NCBI GenBank assembly: GCA_002269645.1
Contig: NIVC01001232.1
Coordinates: 1 to 64,000, forward strand
Direction of reading: 5' to 3'
DNA length: 64,000 nucleotides
From: Macrostomum lignano
Taxonomy: Eukaryota
Shown here: in pieces, positions 34,103-46,161 of the stretch
Layout of the letters: each line of letters starts with the position of its first letter
Numbering within the stretch: position 1 is the first letter of the stretch
Made by a program: the position numbers and the translations under genes
Notes under the pieces: generated by a model
Seen by the model: the letters and a program-made list of their open reading frames with translations, nothing else
Databases searched by the model: none
Told to the model about the DNA's origin: nothing

Positions 34103-37100
34103 ATGCTTGGACACGTCATAAAAACTAGCCAAGTTGCCAGTAGGCAATTCCTTCGTGTTATCTTGACAAAGAATAGTCACAAATGCTTGTGCAGGTCTAT
34201 TTCATCGGCTTGCAACTCAACAAGCAATAGTCATCAAGCATCGTTTTTGACTTCCGGAAAGGTTGTGTTCATGAATCATCATTCTATTCCTTATTAGTAA
34301 GTTTTCAAATGTTTTATTATTAATGCTATTTCTTTTCCTGATCAATTCATTCTTAGAAAAGTTGTTCTAAGGATATGTAAATATGTTTATTCTACTACAC
34401 AGTCAGGATAGGCCTAACATGCACCATGCGCCAGAACAATTTATGGACAAAGCTATTGCACTGTATGATAGGAAAATTTGGTACCTTTATGCTAAAATGT
34501 TGTAAATTTCATTTAGATTAGACCTGAGTCATAGTTTGTTATTGGGTAATTCCATACACCACAGTCAGGATTTAATGACAGGAAGGTGGTAGATTTCACA
34601 GAAAATTGTGGCACACACAAAGGAATTTTCTGGTGCACATGGTGCACATAGCACATGGTGTGCTGCACTCGGCGCACAGTCTATATAGTAAAATTTTCTT
34701 AGTTAGTTTACACAAAGTATGATATGGCGAAATCCAAAAATGTGGGATAAAATGGTAAAACAAATCTGCGGACATTCAATAGAAAGTAATGTATCTAAAA
34801 AAGGTTTTTGAAAGATAGATAGGTCTTTAGAAAATAGTTCTGGATAAAAACTATTGTTTTCATGCTTTATATTGTTGAATAAATAAGAAAAAACCACAAA
34901 AAGCATTTTGAAAGTCCGAGTTGACCAATTTGCAATTTTTTATTTCACTTTTTTTCATTATTAAACAATTAATTTTAAGACTTGTAGGCCTTAGAGAAGG
35001 CTAATTTTTTACTACTTACAAAACAGAAAGTAATCTGTGTTTTACTTTTTATTCAATTCAAAAAGATGAAGTATTTCTAAGGATTTCAAAGTTTTTCTAA
35101 AACCATATAAACTCGCAAAAATTCATACTAATATAAAGTGCAAAGTTTGCCAGCAAACATCTTTCTCTAAAAGTAAATATATTGCTAATTCCTTGTTGCA
35201 AAATAATCTTTAAGTTGTTTTCTTTCATTTAAATATCAACTTGCATAGTATTAGTATTTGTAATATGCCTATATTTAGACTTCAAAATTTTGGGCAAAAA
35301 ATGGTACCACAAAATGTGAACCCGGCATCCAAATCAGATGCTTAATGTATGCTCATTAAGCGACAAAGAACAATGAAATTACACTAAAACATGTATCATT
35401 GCGGTATGTATGCAGGAAAAAAGAATTTTCCAAATCACTTTAGTAGAAGCTGAGTAAAATGCAATTTTCCAATCCTTATGGGAATTCCAATGTGTTACCC
35501 AGCTTCCAAATCAGATGCTTACTGTATGCTCATTAAGCGACGAAGAACAATGAAATTACACTAAAACATGTATCATTGTGGCATGTATGCAGGAAAAAAA
35601 GAATTTTCCAAATCGCTTTAGTAGAAGCTGAATAAAATGCAATTTTCCGATCCTTACAGGAATTTGTATGTTTAAATAATAAACTTACGTTGAATACAAT
35701 TTATTGCAAACAAACTCTACAAAATACACGTTGTCAAGAGTAACGAAAGTGATAAACAAATAAACCCTTGAAAATAATGTTAAATATGTTGTAGAATTAT
35801 AGAGTGTAACATTATAAGATAGTTAAAGTTAATAAAATACATTATTATAGCTTTTCTAGCATTTTCATTCGACTCATTTTAGGTCGTAATTAAACTTACC
35901 ATTTCAACAAATCATTTTATTAAAAATAAAGCTATACGAAAATAATTTGTGCTTTAATAGACTTTTTTACCTTTTAAAAACTTGAATAAATTTATTTTAT
36001 AGCTTTATTGCTTTCAAATTGCCAAAAAACGAATTTTCATAAAACTTGCCCCCGATTTTTGGATTTCACCATATGTGAAAGTGTATTTGCTCCTTTTTTA
36101 AATATTCAATTTAATTCAAATAGCACACTAAGTTTTTTCTGAATATACAAACAATACATATTAATCTGGCAATCCTACAGTTTTCCGCTTTTAATTATTT
36201 TTCGAAAAATTATAGCAGGCACAGCAGGAATAAGAAATGACGATAAACTTACATAATAGTCACTCATGATAGTCACAACAGTTAACATGGATAATAATGG
36301 CATATCCAATACAACATGTTCCCGAATTGACGCTCTTGAAACAGCCAGCGCCATAAAAACTCTTGGAGGTACATCTCGAATGTCTCTGGATGTGTACTAT
36401 GCATACTTGGCCTTGCAGTTGGCCCATGCATCCTCAATGGTGTTTGTATAGATGGTATGATCATTGGGGTCAACAAACCGGATAGAGTGATTAATGGTCA
36501 CATGATTGGCCAGAATTAATTATAGGCAGCCCATTAGTCAGTGATCACTCGGAAAAGCCAAAAAATAATTAAAGCAGAAAACTGTAGGATCGCCATTAAT
36601 CTTTCTTTTATTCACAATTATAACTAATGCATTTTTCAGAACCTATAATTTGTTATATTGCTATATAACAGTTACTAGGCCTAATACAAGTTCTACATTT
36701 CTTTCTTGGTGCACATGCACTTTTTTATTTGGCACATAGTGCACAATTAAAAATTTGATTGGGGACTTGTTGACCTTCCTGACCATGGTATACAAAGTAG
36801 ACATTTTCATTCAAAGGCATAGAAATATTTATATTAAATATAAACTATTAGAGCTATTAATAAATTAAGTAGTATCAATGCACAAACAGCCTGATTCTGA
36901 ATCTAGAATCTAGATTGATTTCTAATTGCCATATAAAGGTTTTATAACATTTTCACTTAAATTACCTAAAATATTCTCAAATTTTATTTTTTTAAGTTTT
37001 AAACTTTATGGTTGATAATCATTTTGTTTATTATGAATAAACTCTGAAACAAGACAGCCACATCATTAGATAGGGCAGGGCCAGGGATCATGACAATGCT

Positions 37101-39938
37101 CACAACAGCCAACTAATCACAATCATATTCAACTGCAAACTACTCTGCTTTGTGATTCACTAATTGTCACAAAACTTTTTTCAATAGATGTTTAAATTGA
37201 ATATAAAATTTCTTGAAATGTTCCTGAATCATTAGATCTACTCAACATTAGATCCTGAAATCTAGTGTTGAGTAGAGTGTAAAGTCTAAGCATAACCTAC
37301 ATGGTCCCCCCAACTCCATCAACTAAACAGCCAATGGCGGCAGCTGCACACAAGTCGCAGTCTTCGAGGCGGAGTTGTAACTGGCAAAGTGCCAGCTTTT
37401 GCGGAGTCCGTCACTGAAGGAGACATTCGCTGGGAGAAGCAGGTTGGCGACACTGTGGCCGAGGACGAGCTGGTAGCCGAAGTGGAGACAGACAAGACCT
37501 CCGTGCAGGTGCACTCGCCCTGCGCTGGCGTCATCACGGAGCTGCTAGTGCCGGACGGCCAGAAGGTGGTGGCCCATCAGGAGGTGTTCAAAATTGAGGC
37601 TGGCGGAGCGGCGCCCGCTGCGGCAAAGTCGGACAAGAAGGCGGCCGTGGAGGAGAAACCAGCTGCACCGCAGCAGCAGCAGCCTGAGCAGCCCAAGCAG
37701 CCTGAGCAGCAGGCACCGGCTGCACCCAAGGAGGACAAGCTGGTGGCCTCCCAGGCGCCGTCCAAGCCGCCCCCGCTGCCTCAGGCGGCGGCTTCATCGT
37801 CAGCGTCCGCCCCTTCGACTTCGACTGTCGGCGCTCGATCGGAGCGTCGCGTGAAGATGTCCCGGATGCGTCTGCGCATCGCCGAGCGATTAAAGGAGGC
37901 CCAGAATACCTGTGCTATGCTCACTACCTTTAATGAGATTGACATGTCTAACGTCTTCGAGATGCGGGCCAAGTGAGTGGGGAAAATGAGCTGGTGTGAG
38001 CCACCCTCCCCCAGTCCTTCACTGTGTGTGCCACCCTCCCCCAGTCCTTCACTGAGTGTGCCACCCTCCCCCAGTCCTTCACTGTGTGTGCCACCCTCCC
38101 CCAGTCCATCACTATGTGTGCCACCCTCCCCCAGTCCATCACTGTGTGCCACCCTCCCCCAGTCCATCACTGTGTGTACCACCCTCCCCCAGTCCATCAC
38201 TGTGTGTACCACCCTCCCCCAGTCCATCACTATGTGTGCCACCCTCCCCCAGTCCATCACTGTGTGTACCACCCTCCCCAGTCCATCACTGTGTGTGCCA
38301 CCCTCCCCCAGTCCATCACTATGTGTGCCACCCTCCCCCAGTCCATCACTGTGTGTACCACCCTCCCCCAGTCCTTCACTGTGTGTGCCACCCTCCCCCA
38401 GTCCTTCACTGTGTGTGCCACCCTCCCCCAGTCCTTCACTGAGTGTGCCACCCTCCCCAGTCCTTCACTGTGTGTGCCACCCTCCCCCAGTCCTTCACTG
38501 TGTGTGCCACCCTCCCCAGTCCTTCACTGTGTGTGCCACCCTCCCCCAGTCCTTCACTGTGTGTGCCACCCTCCCCCAGTCCTTCACTGTGTGTGCCACC
38601 TGTACAATCATTACCATCGAACATGCCCTCAGGTTCCAGCCGGCATTCGAAAAGCAGCATGGGGTCAAGCTGGGCTTCATGTCGCCATTTGTGAAGGCGG
38701 CCGCTTACGCCCTGCAGCAGCAGGCGGCTGTCAATGCGGTCATCGATGGCGGCGACATTGTCTACAGGGACTACGTTGACATCAGCGTGGCCGTGGCCAC
38801 TCCCAAAGGCCTGGTTGTGCCTGTGCTGCGCGGCGTTCACAACATGAATCTGGCCGACATTGAACACGAGATTGCGGCGCTTGGCGTCAAGGCGCGCAAA
38901 AACGAGCTGGCTATTGAGGTATGCGGCTTCTTTGTTGCAAAGTTCTTAGGCTGCCTTCTGGAATGAAACTGAGAAATGCACATAAACTTAAGGGTTAAAT
39001 TCCCTGAATTAGCAAAATGGCAACATTTTAAAATGTCCCTAAAATGACTGAATTCTAAAATATCCCTAAATGACTGGATTCTAAAATATTCCTGCGCATC
39101 GCCGAGCGATTAAAGGAGGCCCAGAATACCTGTGCTATGCTCACTATCTTTAATGAGATTGACATGTCTAACGTCTTCGAGATGATTCTAAAATATCCCT
39201 AAATGACTGGATTCTAAAATATCCCTAAATGACTGAGTTCTAAAATCTCCCTAAATGACTGAGTTCTAAAATCTCCCTAAATGACTGAGTTCTAAAATCT
39301 CCCTAAATGACTGAGTTCTAAAATCTCCCTAAATGACTGAGTTCTAAAATCTCCCTAAATGACTGAGTTCTAAAATCTCCCTAAATGACTGAGTTCTAAA
39401 ATCTCCCTAAATGACTGAATTCTAAAATCTCCCTAAATAACTGAGTTCTAAAATATCCCTAAATGACTGAATTCTAAAATCTCCCTAAATAACTGAGTTC
39501 TAAAATATCCCTAAAGGACTATATTCTAGAATATCCCTAAATTACTGGATTCTAAATTATCTCTAAAGTTTATTGGTTCTTAACTGTCTCCAGAATAGCC
39601 GGCTGCCAGCATATCCCCTTGTATTCTAATTTCTCTCCCCCCCACCATCACGCCAATCGCAGGACATGGACGGCGGCACGTTCACAATCTCAAACGGCGG
39701 CGTATTCGGCTCCCTGTTCGGCACGCCCATCATCAACCCGCCGCAGTCGGCAATCCTTGGCATGCACGGCGTATTCGACAGGCCCATGGCCGTCAACGGC
39801 AAGGTGGAGATTCGACCAATGATGTTCGTGGCGCTCACCTACGATCACCGGCTGATTGACGGCAGGGAGGCTGTCACATTTCTGCGCAAAATCAAAAGCT
39901 TTGTAGAGGATCCGCGCATTCTGCTGCTAGGATTGTGA
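34103..39938 (+). CDS. DLST: Dihydrolipoamide succinyltransferase (2-oxoglutarate dehydrogenase E2), 4 exons: 34103-34296, 37331-37972, 38633-38918, 39663-39938; 465 aa
   Basis: [11 protein letters not shown], lipoyl site ETDKT, catalytic DHRLIDG. Exon 1 is an Arg/Ser-rich, acid-poor transit peptide ending TA|GTAAGT that joins exon 2 in phase 2. Exon sum 1398 nt is in frame. Confidence 0.95.
35313..35665. repeat. Tandem duplication, 177-bp period, 2 copies, in DLST intron 1
   Basis: TCCAAATCAGATGCTTA at 35328 and 35505, with continued similarity. Confidence 0.85.
36168..36594 (-). mobile_element. Merlin (IS1595/ISXO2-like) DNA transposon deletion derivative, in DLST intron 1
   Basis: ~35-bp TIRs (GGC[A/G]ATCCTACAGTTTTC...) and a perfect 8-bp TSD ATTAATCT. 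Internal fragments [20 protein letters not shown] and YLQEFLWR are typical of the IS1595 transposase C-terminus. Confidence 0.88.
37995..38600. repeat. Minisatellite, 30-bp unit (GCCACCCTCCCCCAGTCCTTCACTGTGTGT), filling DLST intron 2
   Basis: About 20 copies. Confidence 0.96.
39025..39560. repeat. Minisatellite, 26-bp unit (CTAAAATCTCCCTAAATGACTGAGTT), in DLST intron 3, interrupted by an exon copy
   Basis: Direct reading. Confidence 0.94.
39092..39184 (+). pseudogene. 93-bp copy of DLST exon 2 sequence (37872-37964) inserted in intron 3
   Basis: 92/93 identical (ACC->ATC); no splice sites at its ends. Confidence 0.93.
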
Positions 39939-40571
39939 TCGCCTTTGACTAGCTTGGCTCTTTAATAATACTTTTTGTTCCCCAAAACCAACTATGATGC
40001 AAGCACCATTGGCTAGCTACTGTATAATTATAAGTAATAGTAATTACGAGCGTACTTAGTGGTACCATAGTATTAATAGATTTGGCGTTCTTTTTACTAA
40101 AAATTCATAGAAAGTCAGTAGTAAATTCGTAGGAAGTCCATGGAAAATCTATGGTAAATCCGTGAAAAGCCCACGGAAAATCCTTGCAAAATCTACAGCT
40201 AACCCATGGAGTCGTCTGTAGAGTTGTATTCTATAGCATACCGTAGCTGCGAGTAGTTATGACCACAGATACTGGAATAGCTAGATATGCCAGTCAAAAA
40301 TATTCTCGTCTACTCCTTTTCAGTAGGATATAGGGTTTTTTGTTATTTTAGTAAATATAAAACTGCTTAATTTTACAATATATTTAAAGTTTTTGAAGCT
40401 GCAACAATCGCCTCTGGCCTTCTACAAGCAGACCCATTAAATTAGCATCTTTATCCTGTTTGAAGCTGCACCCAAATCCAGTGCGTGTGCACAGCGAGCA
40501 AGAGGGAAAGGGGTGGCGCCCTAGCCCGCAGCCAAGCCGATTAACAGTTTGGCTTTCCTCTTGCCTTCTTG

Positions 40572-40730
40572 TGTCTGACTTTGACCTCTTTCCTTACTGC
40601 TCTCTCATTGGCTGAGCTAGATTGGGCCTGCCCCCTAGGCTGAGGTTCGCCTGTCTGACTTTGCCCTCTCTCCTTACTGCTCTCTCATTGGCTGAGCTAG
40701 ATTGGGCCTGCCCCCTAGGCTAAGTTTCGT
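40572..40730. repeat. 80-bp tandem duplication, each unit with two ATTGG (inverse CCAAT) motifs
   Basis: TGTCTGACTTTG...CCCCCTAGGCT at 40572 and 40652. Confidence 0.85.
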
Positions 40731-41763
40731 CCGTCTTGCGTTCACTTGTGTACATCGAGTTCAATGCTGGTTGCTCATTCTCAATCCCATATGCTCCTGA
40801 GGTCGCAAACACCAAAGAAAGGTAAAGGATATATTGCTGCCACTTTAAAGTTAAGTGACCCTGCGCATACAAGCTATTGATAAAAGAGTAGACGCTCTGC
40901 TTTTTCACGACTTCAATTGCGAATGACACATCTAGTTATACTAGTATCTGAGTATATGACTGAGTAAATAGGTCAGTTTGCCTTTCTTCTGGTTTATAAT
41001 TCTTCTATTTATTGCAGGGAACACACAAATTATTAACACAATCAGAAATACAAGCCAAAAGGTAAAATGATGCACCACTTTTTGTTGAATAAAGTCAGAA
41101 CTATGTGCTCATTGTTGAGAATTCATTTCGAGAAAGTGAAAAACTCTGTTTATTTCTTAAATTTCTAACCTAGCAACTTAATTTCGAGGCGTGGCTCAAT
41201 TTTTCGGTTTATTTCTGTTTAAATTTTCCTGTGCTGCTTCAGCCCTACACAGCAAACCTAAAGCCTGTTTTCTGAGAAGGTGCTTTCCGTCACTCTCCGT
41301 GCTCGGAGTGACAGTTGAGCACAGCATGCAAAGTCCTTTGTTAATTCTTAAAAGAAAACAGAGCCCATTTCTTCTCCGCTTGTATTTTAGCCAGCCTCGT
41401 CTCGTCTGGTTGACTTGCTACTTTCGTGAGTAGTATATGTTCTGGAGGTTTATATTTTGTTATACGAGCTCGTATTTTTGGGGGTTTTGCTAATTTAATT
41501 GTACATGTATTTTTTCTTTATTTAATGTACATGAGCCAACCCCCCTCTCTCTCTGCTAACCTCACCCCCATGTTAAATATTAATTAAAAAGGGCGTGATT
41601 TTGGTAAGCGTGCTTTTTGCTAAGTGGTTGGTTGTTTTGTTTTGCCTGCGCGAGAACGCAGAGGTATTGAAGCCTAAAAGCATCCGATTTTTGCCTACTT
41701 AGTTATTTTTCGGTTTCGAAGAGTTAGTCGATTTAACAACTGGTAGCAGAGCGTGGTTCAAAA

Positions 41764-44700
41764 ATGCAAAAGGACGGAGAAGAATTCGAGTCGAACTACC
41801 CGCCGGCTGACGAGGAAGAACGCAAGCTGATGGACGCGAAGGCCGCCAAGACGAGGGCCAAGGCCGCATTCACCAAAGGAAGAAACCGGCTGGTGCAACA
41901 ACTCGCTGCTGGTGGTCAAGACGGCGCCGAAGTACAACAGCAAGCGACTCTCATGGAGAAGCTGTTCGAGGCTGTGACCACTGAGCTGGAAAAGCTGTTG
42001 GAGCTCGCCGGAAACGACCTGCCACTGCGTCGCCAAACGATCAAGGAGCTGGAGAATGCTGAAAAGGACTACGGTGAGACTGTGGGTCTGATGACCGAGT
42101 TCTGGAAAGATCGTAGCAGAAGCGAAGCAGCTGAGAGGGAGGAACAGGATCGCTTGGCGGAGTCTGAAGAACAGCAGAGGCGTGAGGAAGAGCAGCGAAA
42201 AGTGCAAGCCGCAGAGCACAGAGCGCTGGAGTTGGAAGAGGTGCAGAGAGAGCTAGAGAGAGACTATCAACAACGGCATGAGCAGTTGGCAGAGGAGCTG
42301 AGGCGACTGAAAATTGTTACTGGCAGCACTAAGGCAGAGAGCCCGTGTGAAAGGGCAAGCCCAGGTTCAGGTTTGGCTGAACAGTCGATTGGGGCTGAGG
42401 TGGGTGTAAGCGCTGCGCCAGACAGGAGTGAAAAAGCTGATTGGACTGCCCACGAAGGGGGGTCAGGCGAGCGATCGATAAACCAAAACCCTGCACCCAG
42501 GCCAGCCACCTCACAGTCAGCCAGTGTACAGTCGCAACTCAGAGAGCCAATCGTTCAGCAGGAGTGTACACAGAGGGTGAGAGAAGAAGCGGAGAGGCAG
42601 GTCAGTCAGGACATGTGGCGGCAATTGCAGCGGGTGGCGATTCCCAGTTTCTCAGGTGATAAGCGTCAATACGAAGGGTGGAAGGCGGCCTTTTACGCGT
42701 GTGTAGATGCTGCACCCTCCTCTCGAGTGTACAAGCTATTGCAACTGAGGCAGTGTCTGCAGGGCGATGCGCTAAAGCTAATAGCCAACCTAGGGCATTC
42801 TGAATTTGCGTACAAGGCGGCTCTGGATAGGTTGGAGAGAGAATATGGAGGAGAGAGGCGCCGGCTGGTGCTAGTGTTGGAGGACCTGGACCGTTTTCGG
42901 CCCATTGTGACGGAGAGTGCGCCTCAGTTGAAGAAGCTGGCTGATCTGGTGGATGTAGCGGTTATCAATCTGATGGAGGCGGGTCGTGAAGCTGAACTAG
43001 ACAGCAATGGATTGCTTCATCTTCGCGTGCAAAAGAAATTGCCGACTGACACCTTGGCACGGTACCACCGATGGGTCGGGGAGAATGGCAGAAATGACAC
43101 GCTCAGCGCTCTTCATCAATGGCTGCTGCGGGAGGCTGAGTATCAGACGGTTGCTATGGAGGCAGTGCATGGAGTTGCGGCACATAATGGGCCAGGAGCA
43201 GGGAAGATGGAGCAAAGTAAGAAATTCAGCGGGATGCAGCGCACGGAAACAGCTCGAACGCATTTTGGCGCTGTCGCGGAGTCAACGAGAGCCGATGAGC
43301 AGCGCAAGAAAAACTGCCGTGTCTGTGAAGGAAGCCATGGCGCCTGGGAGTGCCCGAAGTTTGTGGAGATGGATGTAGTGAAGCGATGGGCCGTTGCTCG
43401 TGAGAAGAAGCTGTGCTTTCATTGTCTCGGCGTCAATCACTCTGGTTTAGCTTGTCGGCGGTCTAGAACCTGTGGCGTAGATGGTTGCCAAGGAAAACAC
43501 CATCGAATGCTTCACCAGAAGCGGGAGCCGAAACCAGCAGCTGCAGTGACGAGAGGCGGCGAAGGAGAGGCACGAAAACCCGCGGAGGACATATCAGCGG
43601 CGACGAAGAAGGAGCGCACTATGCTGGCTGAAGTCGTAAAGGAAACTGCGTTGAGGACGGTGCCGGTGATATTGGTGGCTGGTGAGCGCCAAGTTCGGAT
43701 CAACGCGTTGCTTGATGATGCGAGTACGCGCACGTACCTCAATGCGGACGTAGCAGCAGAGCTGGGACTCGAAGGTAAACTTCAGCGCATAAACGTTAAG
43801 GTGCTCAACGGAGGAGTCGAGTCGTTTGAAACAGCGCCTGTAGAAGTGACAGTCCGGAGTGTCGATGCAGCGTTTGAGACAAAAATTGTTGCTTTCACAG
43901 CGGAGAAAGTAACCGGCGGAATGAAGGCAGTTGATTGGAGTCAACTGGCGGAGCACTGGGCGCATCTGAGAGGCATTCCGTTTGAGTCAACATCAAGCCG
44001 GAAGACGGTTGACATGCTTATCGGTGTCGACAATGCCGAGATGCATCTGGCTTGCAAAGAAGTCTGTGGAATGCCAGGGGAACCAATAGCTCGACTGACT
44101 CCTATTGGATGGACCTGCATCGGGCAGTTAGATTCGGATGAGGGAAGCAGCAAGAGCGGGGAATCGTTCTTCTGCCACGAGTGTCAAGATCAGGTCGACA
44201 GTCAGGTTCGAAGGTTGTGGGCGATCGAGGAAGTTCCTGATGTAGCTGAGCTGAACCGCGAAAGAGGGACGTTAACTGCGGATGAGCAGCGTGCTGTGGC
44301 GGTAGTCAAGGAGTCGATGTCGATGGTGGAAGGAAGATATCAGGTAGCCATTCCATGGAAGTTTCAAAATCGTGCTCTGCCGAGCAATCGTGAAGCTGCG
44401 GAACGCAGACTGATCAGCACGGAGAAGCGACTGCAGAGGAGTGAAGGATTGCCAAAAGCGTATCAGGAGGTGTTGGAAGGTCAGTTGGAAAAATGTTATC
44501 TCAAGAAGGTCGAAGACAGCAGTGAGCTTCAAAACACCGAATGGTACCTGCCGCATTTTCCGGTAATCAGAGAAGACAAGGACACCACCAAGGTCCGTAT
44601 CGTGTTTGACGCTTCCGCGCGCTGCCAAGGAGTGAGTCTCAATGACGTCATCCTTCCAGGACCGAAGCTTCAGAACGACCTATTTCAAGTGCTCCTTCGA

Positions 44701-46161
44701 TTCCGTCGCGGTCCAGTGGCAATCGTTTGCGACATTGAAGAGATGTACCTCAGAATTCGCCTCAAGCCAGAAGATCGGCGCTACTTTCGATTTTTGTGGC
44801 GAGACAGGAACGAAACGGGCAAACCTGAGGTATTCGAGTTTCAGAGTGTCGTTTTTGGAGTTAATTGTTCGCCGTTTCTTGCTCAGTTCGTGTCGCAGGA
44901 GCATGCTAGGAGTCATCAGGAAACTTTTCCAAGAGCGTCAGAAACAATTCTGAAGTCGACCTACATGGACGACAGTTTGGACTCAGTGAACAGCGTGCAT
45001 GAAGCTATCCAGTTGCGCCGCGAACTGACAGCTCTGTGGAAAAAAGCCGGCATGCGTGCGAGAAAATGGATGTCGAACGCGTCTGAGGTGTTGGAGACAG
45101 TAGCTCCGGAGGATCGAGCGGTGAAAGCGCAGCACGTGCTTCGTGGAGAAATGGCGACGTCGAAGGCGTTAGGAGTGACTTGGACAGCCAATGATGATAT
45201 GCTCGCGGTCACGGGAAATGCAGGTGCGAAGGAAGTGTCCGTTGAGTCGAAACGACAGCTGCTCAAGCGCGTTGCGATGGTGTTCGACCCATGCGGGTTT
45301 CTGAGTCCATTTACAGTTCGCGGTCGAATTCTTCTGCAGGAGATTTGGCAGAATGGAGCGGATTGGGATGAGCCCTTGGACCAGCAAGTTGCCGCGAAGG
45401 CTACGCAATGTGCAGCGGAGATTGAAGAGTTGAGCATGCTGAAAATTCCACGATGTCTATGGCCTGATCCTACCAAAAAGGCAGTGCTACACGTCTTTGT
45501 GGATGCATCTCAGGTGGCTTACGGCGCGGTAATCTATCTCAGGAGCGCCACAAGCCTGGACGAAATCTGTGTTCGTCTTGTAGCCGCAAAAGCACGTGTA
45601 GCTCCATTGGCAGCATGCAGCATCCCCAGACTCGAGCTCATGGCGGCGGTGCTTGGCGTGCGACTCGCCCAGACGGTGGCAGATGCGCTCGATTTAGACC
45701 TGAGAGAGTCGGTGTTCTGGAGTGACAGTGCAAATGTGCTCTGGTGGCTTCGAGGTCGCAGTAGAATTAGAGTAGAGCCGTTCGTAGCAAATCGTGTTGC
45801 GTTCATTCAGGAGGCGGTGAAGACTTGTCAGTGGCGTCACGTGCCGACCGATCTGAACCCCGCTGATGCCGTATCGCGAGGCTGTAGCGCCAAAGACCTT
45901 TGCCAATCAGCGGTCTGGAGCGCGGGACCAGAGTTTCTGCTGCTAGATGAGGATGGCTGGCCGGCAAGGCTAGTTCCGACATCGGTTGACGGAGATCAAG
46001 AAGTTCGGCGAGAGGCGAGCAAGAGTAGTCAATCGGCGGCCGTAACTCTGTTGTCGAACGACACCACAGACAACGATTGGCGTTTGACTCCAGAGCGATT
46101 TTCGAGCTACCGCAGGCTGCGTAGCGTGACAGCATGGGTTCAGCGCTTCAGTTTTGGGTGA
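41764..46161 (+). CDS. BEL/Pao gag-pol ORF (gag with three Cys-His knuckles, protease LLDDAS, RT YMDD, RNase H VFVDAS), ending at the integrase deletion junction
   Basis: 1465-aa ORF with IPSFSGD, CRVC..H, RIVFDAS, KSTYMDD, NPADAVSRG motifs. Confidence 0.95.
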   Translation: MQKDGEEFESNYPPADEEERKLMDAKAAKTRAKAAFTKGRNRLVQQLAAGGQDGAEVQQQATLMEKLFEAVTTELEKLLELAGNDLPLRRQTIKELENAEKDYGETVGLMTEFWKDRSRSEAAEREEQDRLAESEEQQRREEEQRKVQAAEHRALELEEVQRELERDYQQRHEQLAEELRRLKIVTGSTKAESPCERASPGSGLAEQSIGAEVGVSAAPDRSEKADWTAHEGGSGERSINQNPAPRPATSQSASVQSQLREPIVQQECTQRVREEAERQVSQDMWRQLQRVAIPSFSGDKRQYEGWKAAFYACVDAAPSSRVYKLLQLRQCLQGDALKLIANLGHSEFAYKAALDRLEREYGGERRRLVLVLEDLDRFRPIVTESAPQLKKLADLVDVAVINLMEAGREAELDSNGLLHLRVQKKLPTDTLARYHRWVGENGRNDTLSALHQWLLREAEYQTVAMEAVHGVAAHNGPGAGKMEQSKKFSGMQRTETARTHFGAVAESTRADEQRKKNCRVCEGSHGAWECPKFVEMDVVKRWAVAREKKLCFHCLGVNHSGLACRRSRTCGVDGCQGKHHRMLHQKREPKPAAAVTRGGEGEARKPAEDISAATKKERTMLAEVVKETALRTVPVILVAGERQVRINALLDDASTRTYLNADVAAELGLEGKLQRINVKVLNGGVESFETAPVEVTVRSVDAAFETKIVAFTAEKVTGGMKAVDWSQLAEHWAHLRGIPFESTSSRKTVDMLIGVDNAEMHLACKEVCGMPGEPIARLTPIGWTCIGQLDSDEGSSKSGESFFCHECQDQVDSQVRRLWAIEEVPDVAELNRERGTLTADEQRAVAVVKESMSMVEGRYQVAIPWKFQNRALPSNREAAERRLISTEKRLQRSEGLPKAYQEVLEGQLEKCYLKKVEDSSELQNTEWYLPHFPVIREDKDTTKVRIVFDASARCQGVSLNDVILPGPKLQNDLFQVLLRFRRGPVAIVCDIEEMYLRIRLKPEDRRYFRFLWRDRNETGKPEVFEFQSVVFGVNCSPFLAQFVSQEHARSHQETFPRASETILKSTYMDDSLDSVNSVHEAIQLRRELTALWKKAGMRARKWMSNASEVLETVAPEDRAVKAQHVLRGEMATSKALGVTWTANDDMLAVTGNAGAKEVSVESKRQLLKRVAMVFDPCGFLSPFTVRGRILLQEIWQNGADWDEPLDQQVAAKATQCAAEIEELSMLKIPRCLWPDPTKKAVLHVFVDASQVAYGAVIYLRSATSLDEICVRLVAAKARVAPLAACSIPRLELMAAVLGVRLAQTVADALDLDLRESVFWSDSANVLWWLRGRSRIRVEPFVANRVAFIQEAVKTCQWRHVPTDLNPADAVSRGCSAKDLCQSAVWSAGPEFLLLDEDGWPARLVPTSVDGDQEVRREASKSSQSAAVTLLSNDTTDNDWRLTPERFSSYRRLRSVTAWVQRFSFG

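Noticed and set aside
34553-36790. Possible older TIR element (CA[C/T][A/G]GTCAGGA ends, GTGCACA subrepeats) enclosing the Merlin remnant
   Set aside because: End similarity is short and imperfect and no TSD could be defined.
37977-38966. 329-aa ORF joining a repeat peptide to DLST exon 3
   Set aside because: The 5' part is the intron 2 minisatellite; proper AA|GTGAGT and cctcag|G sites explain the splice.
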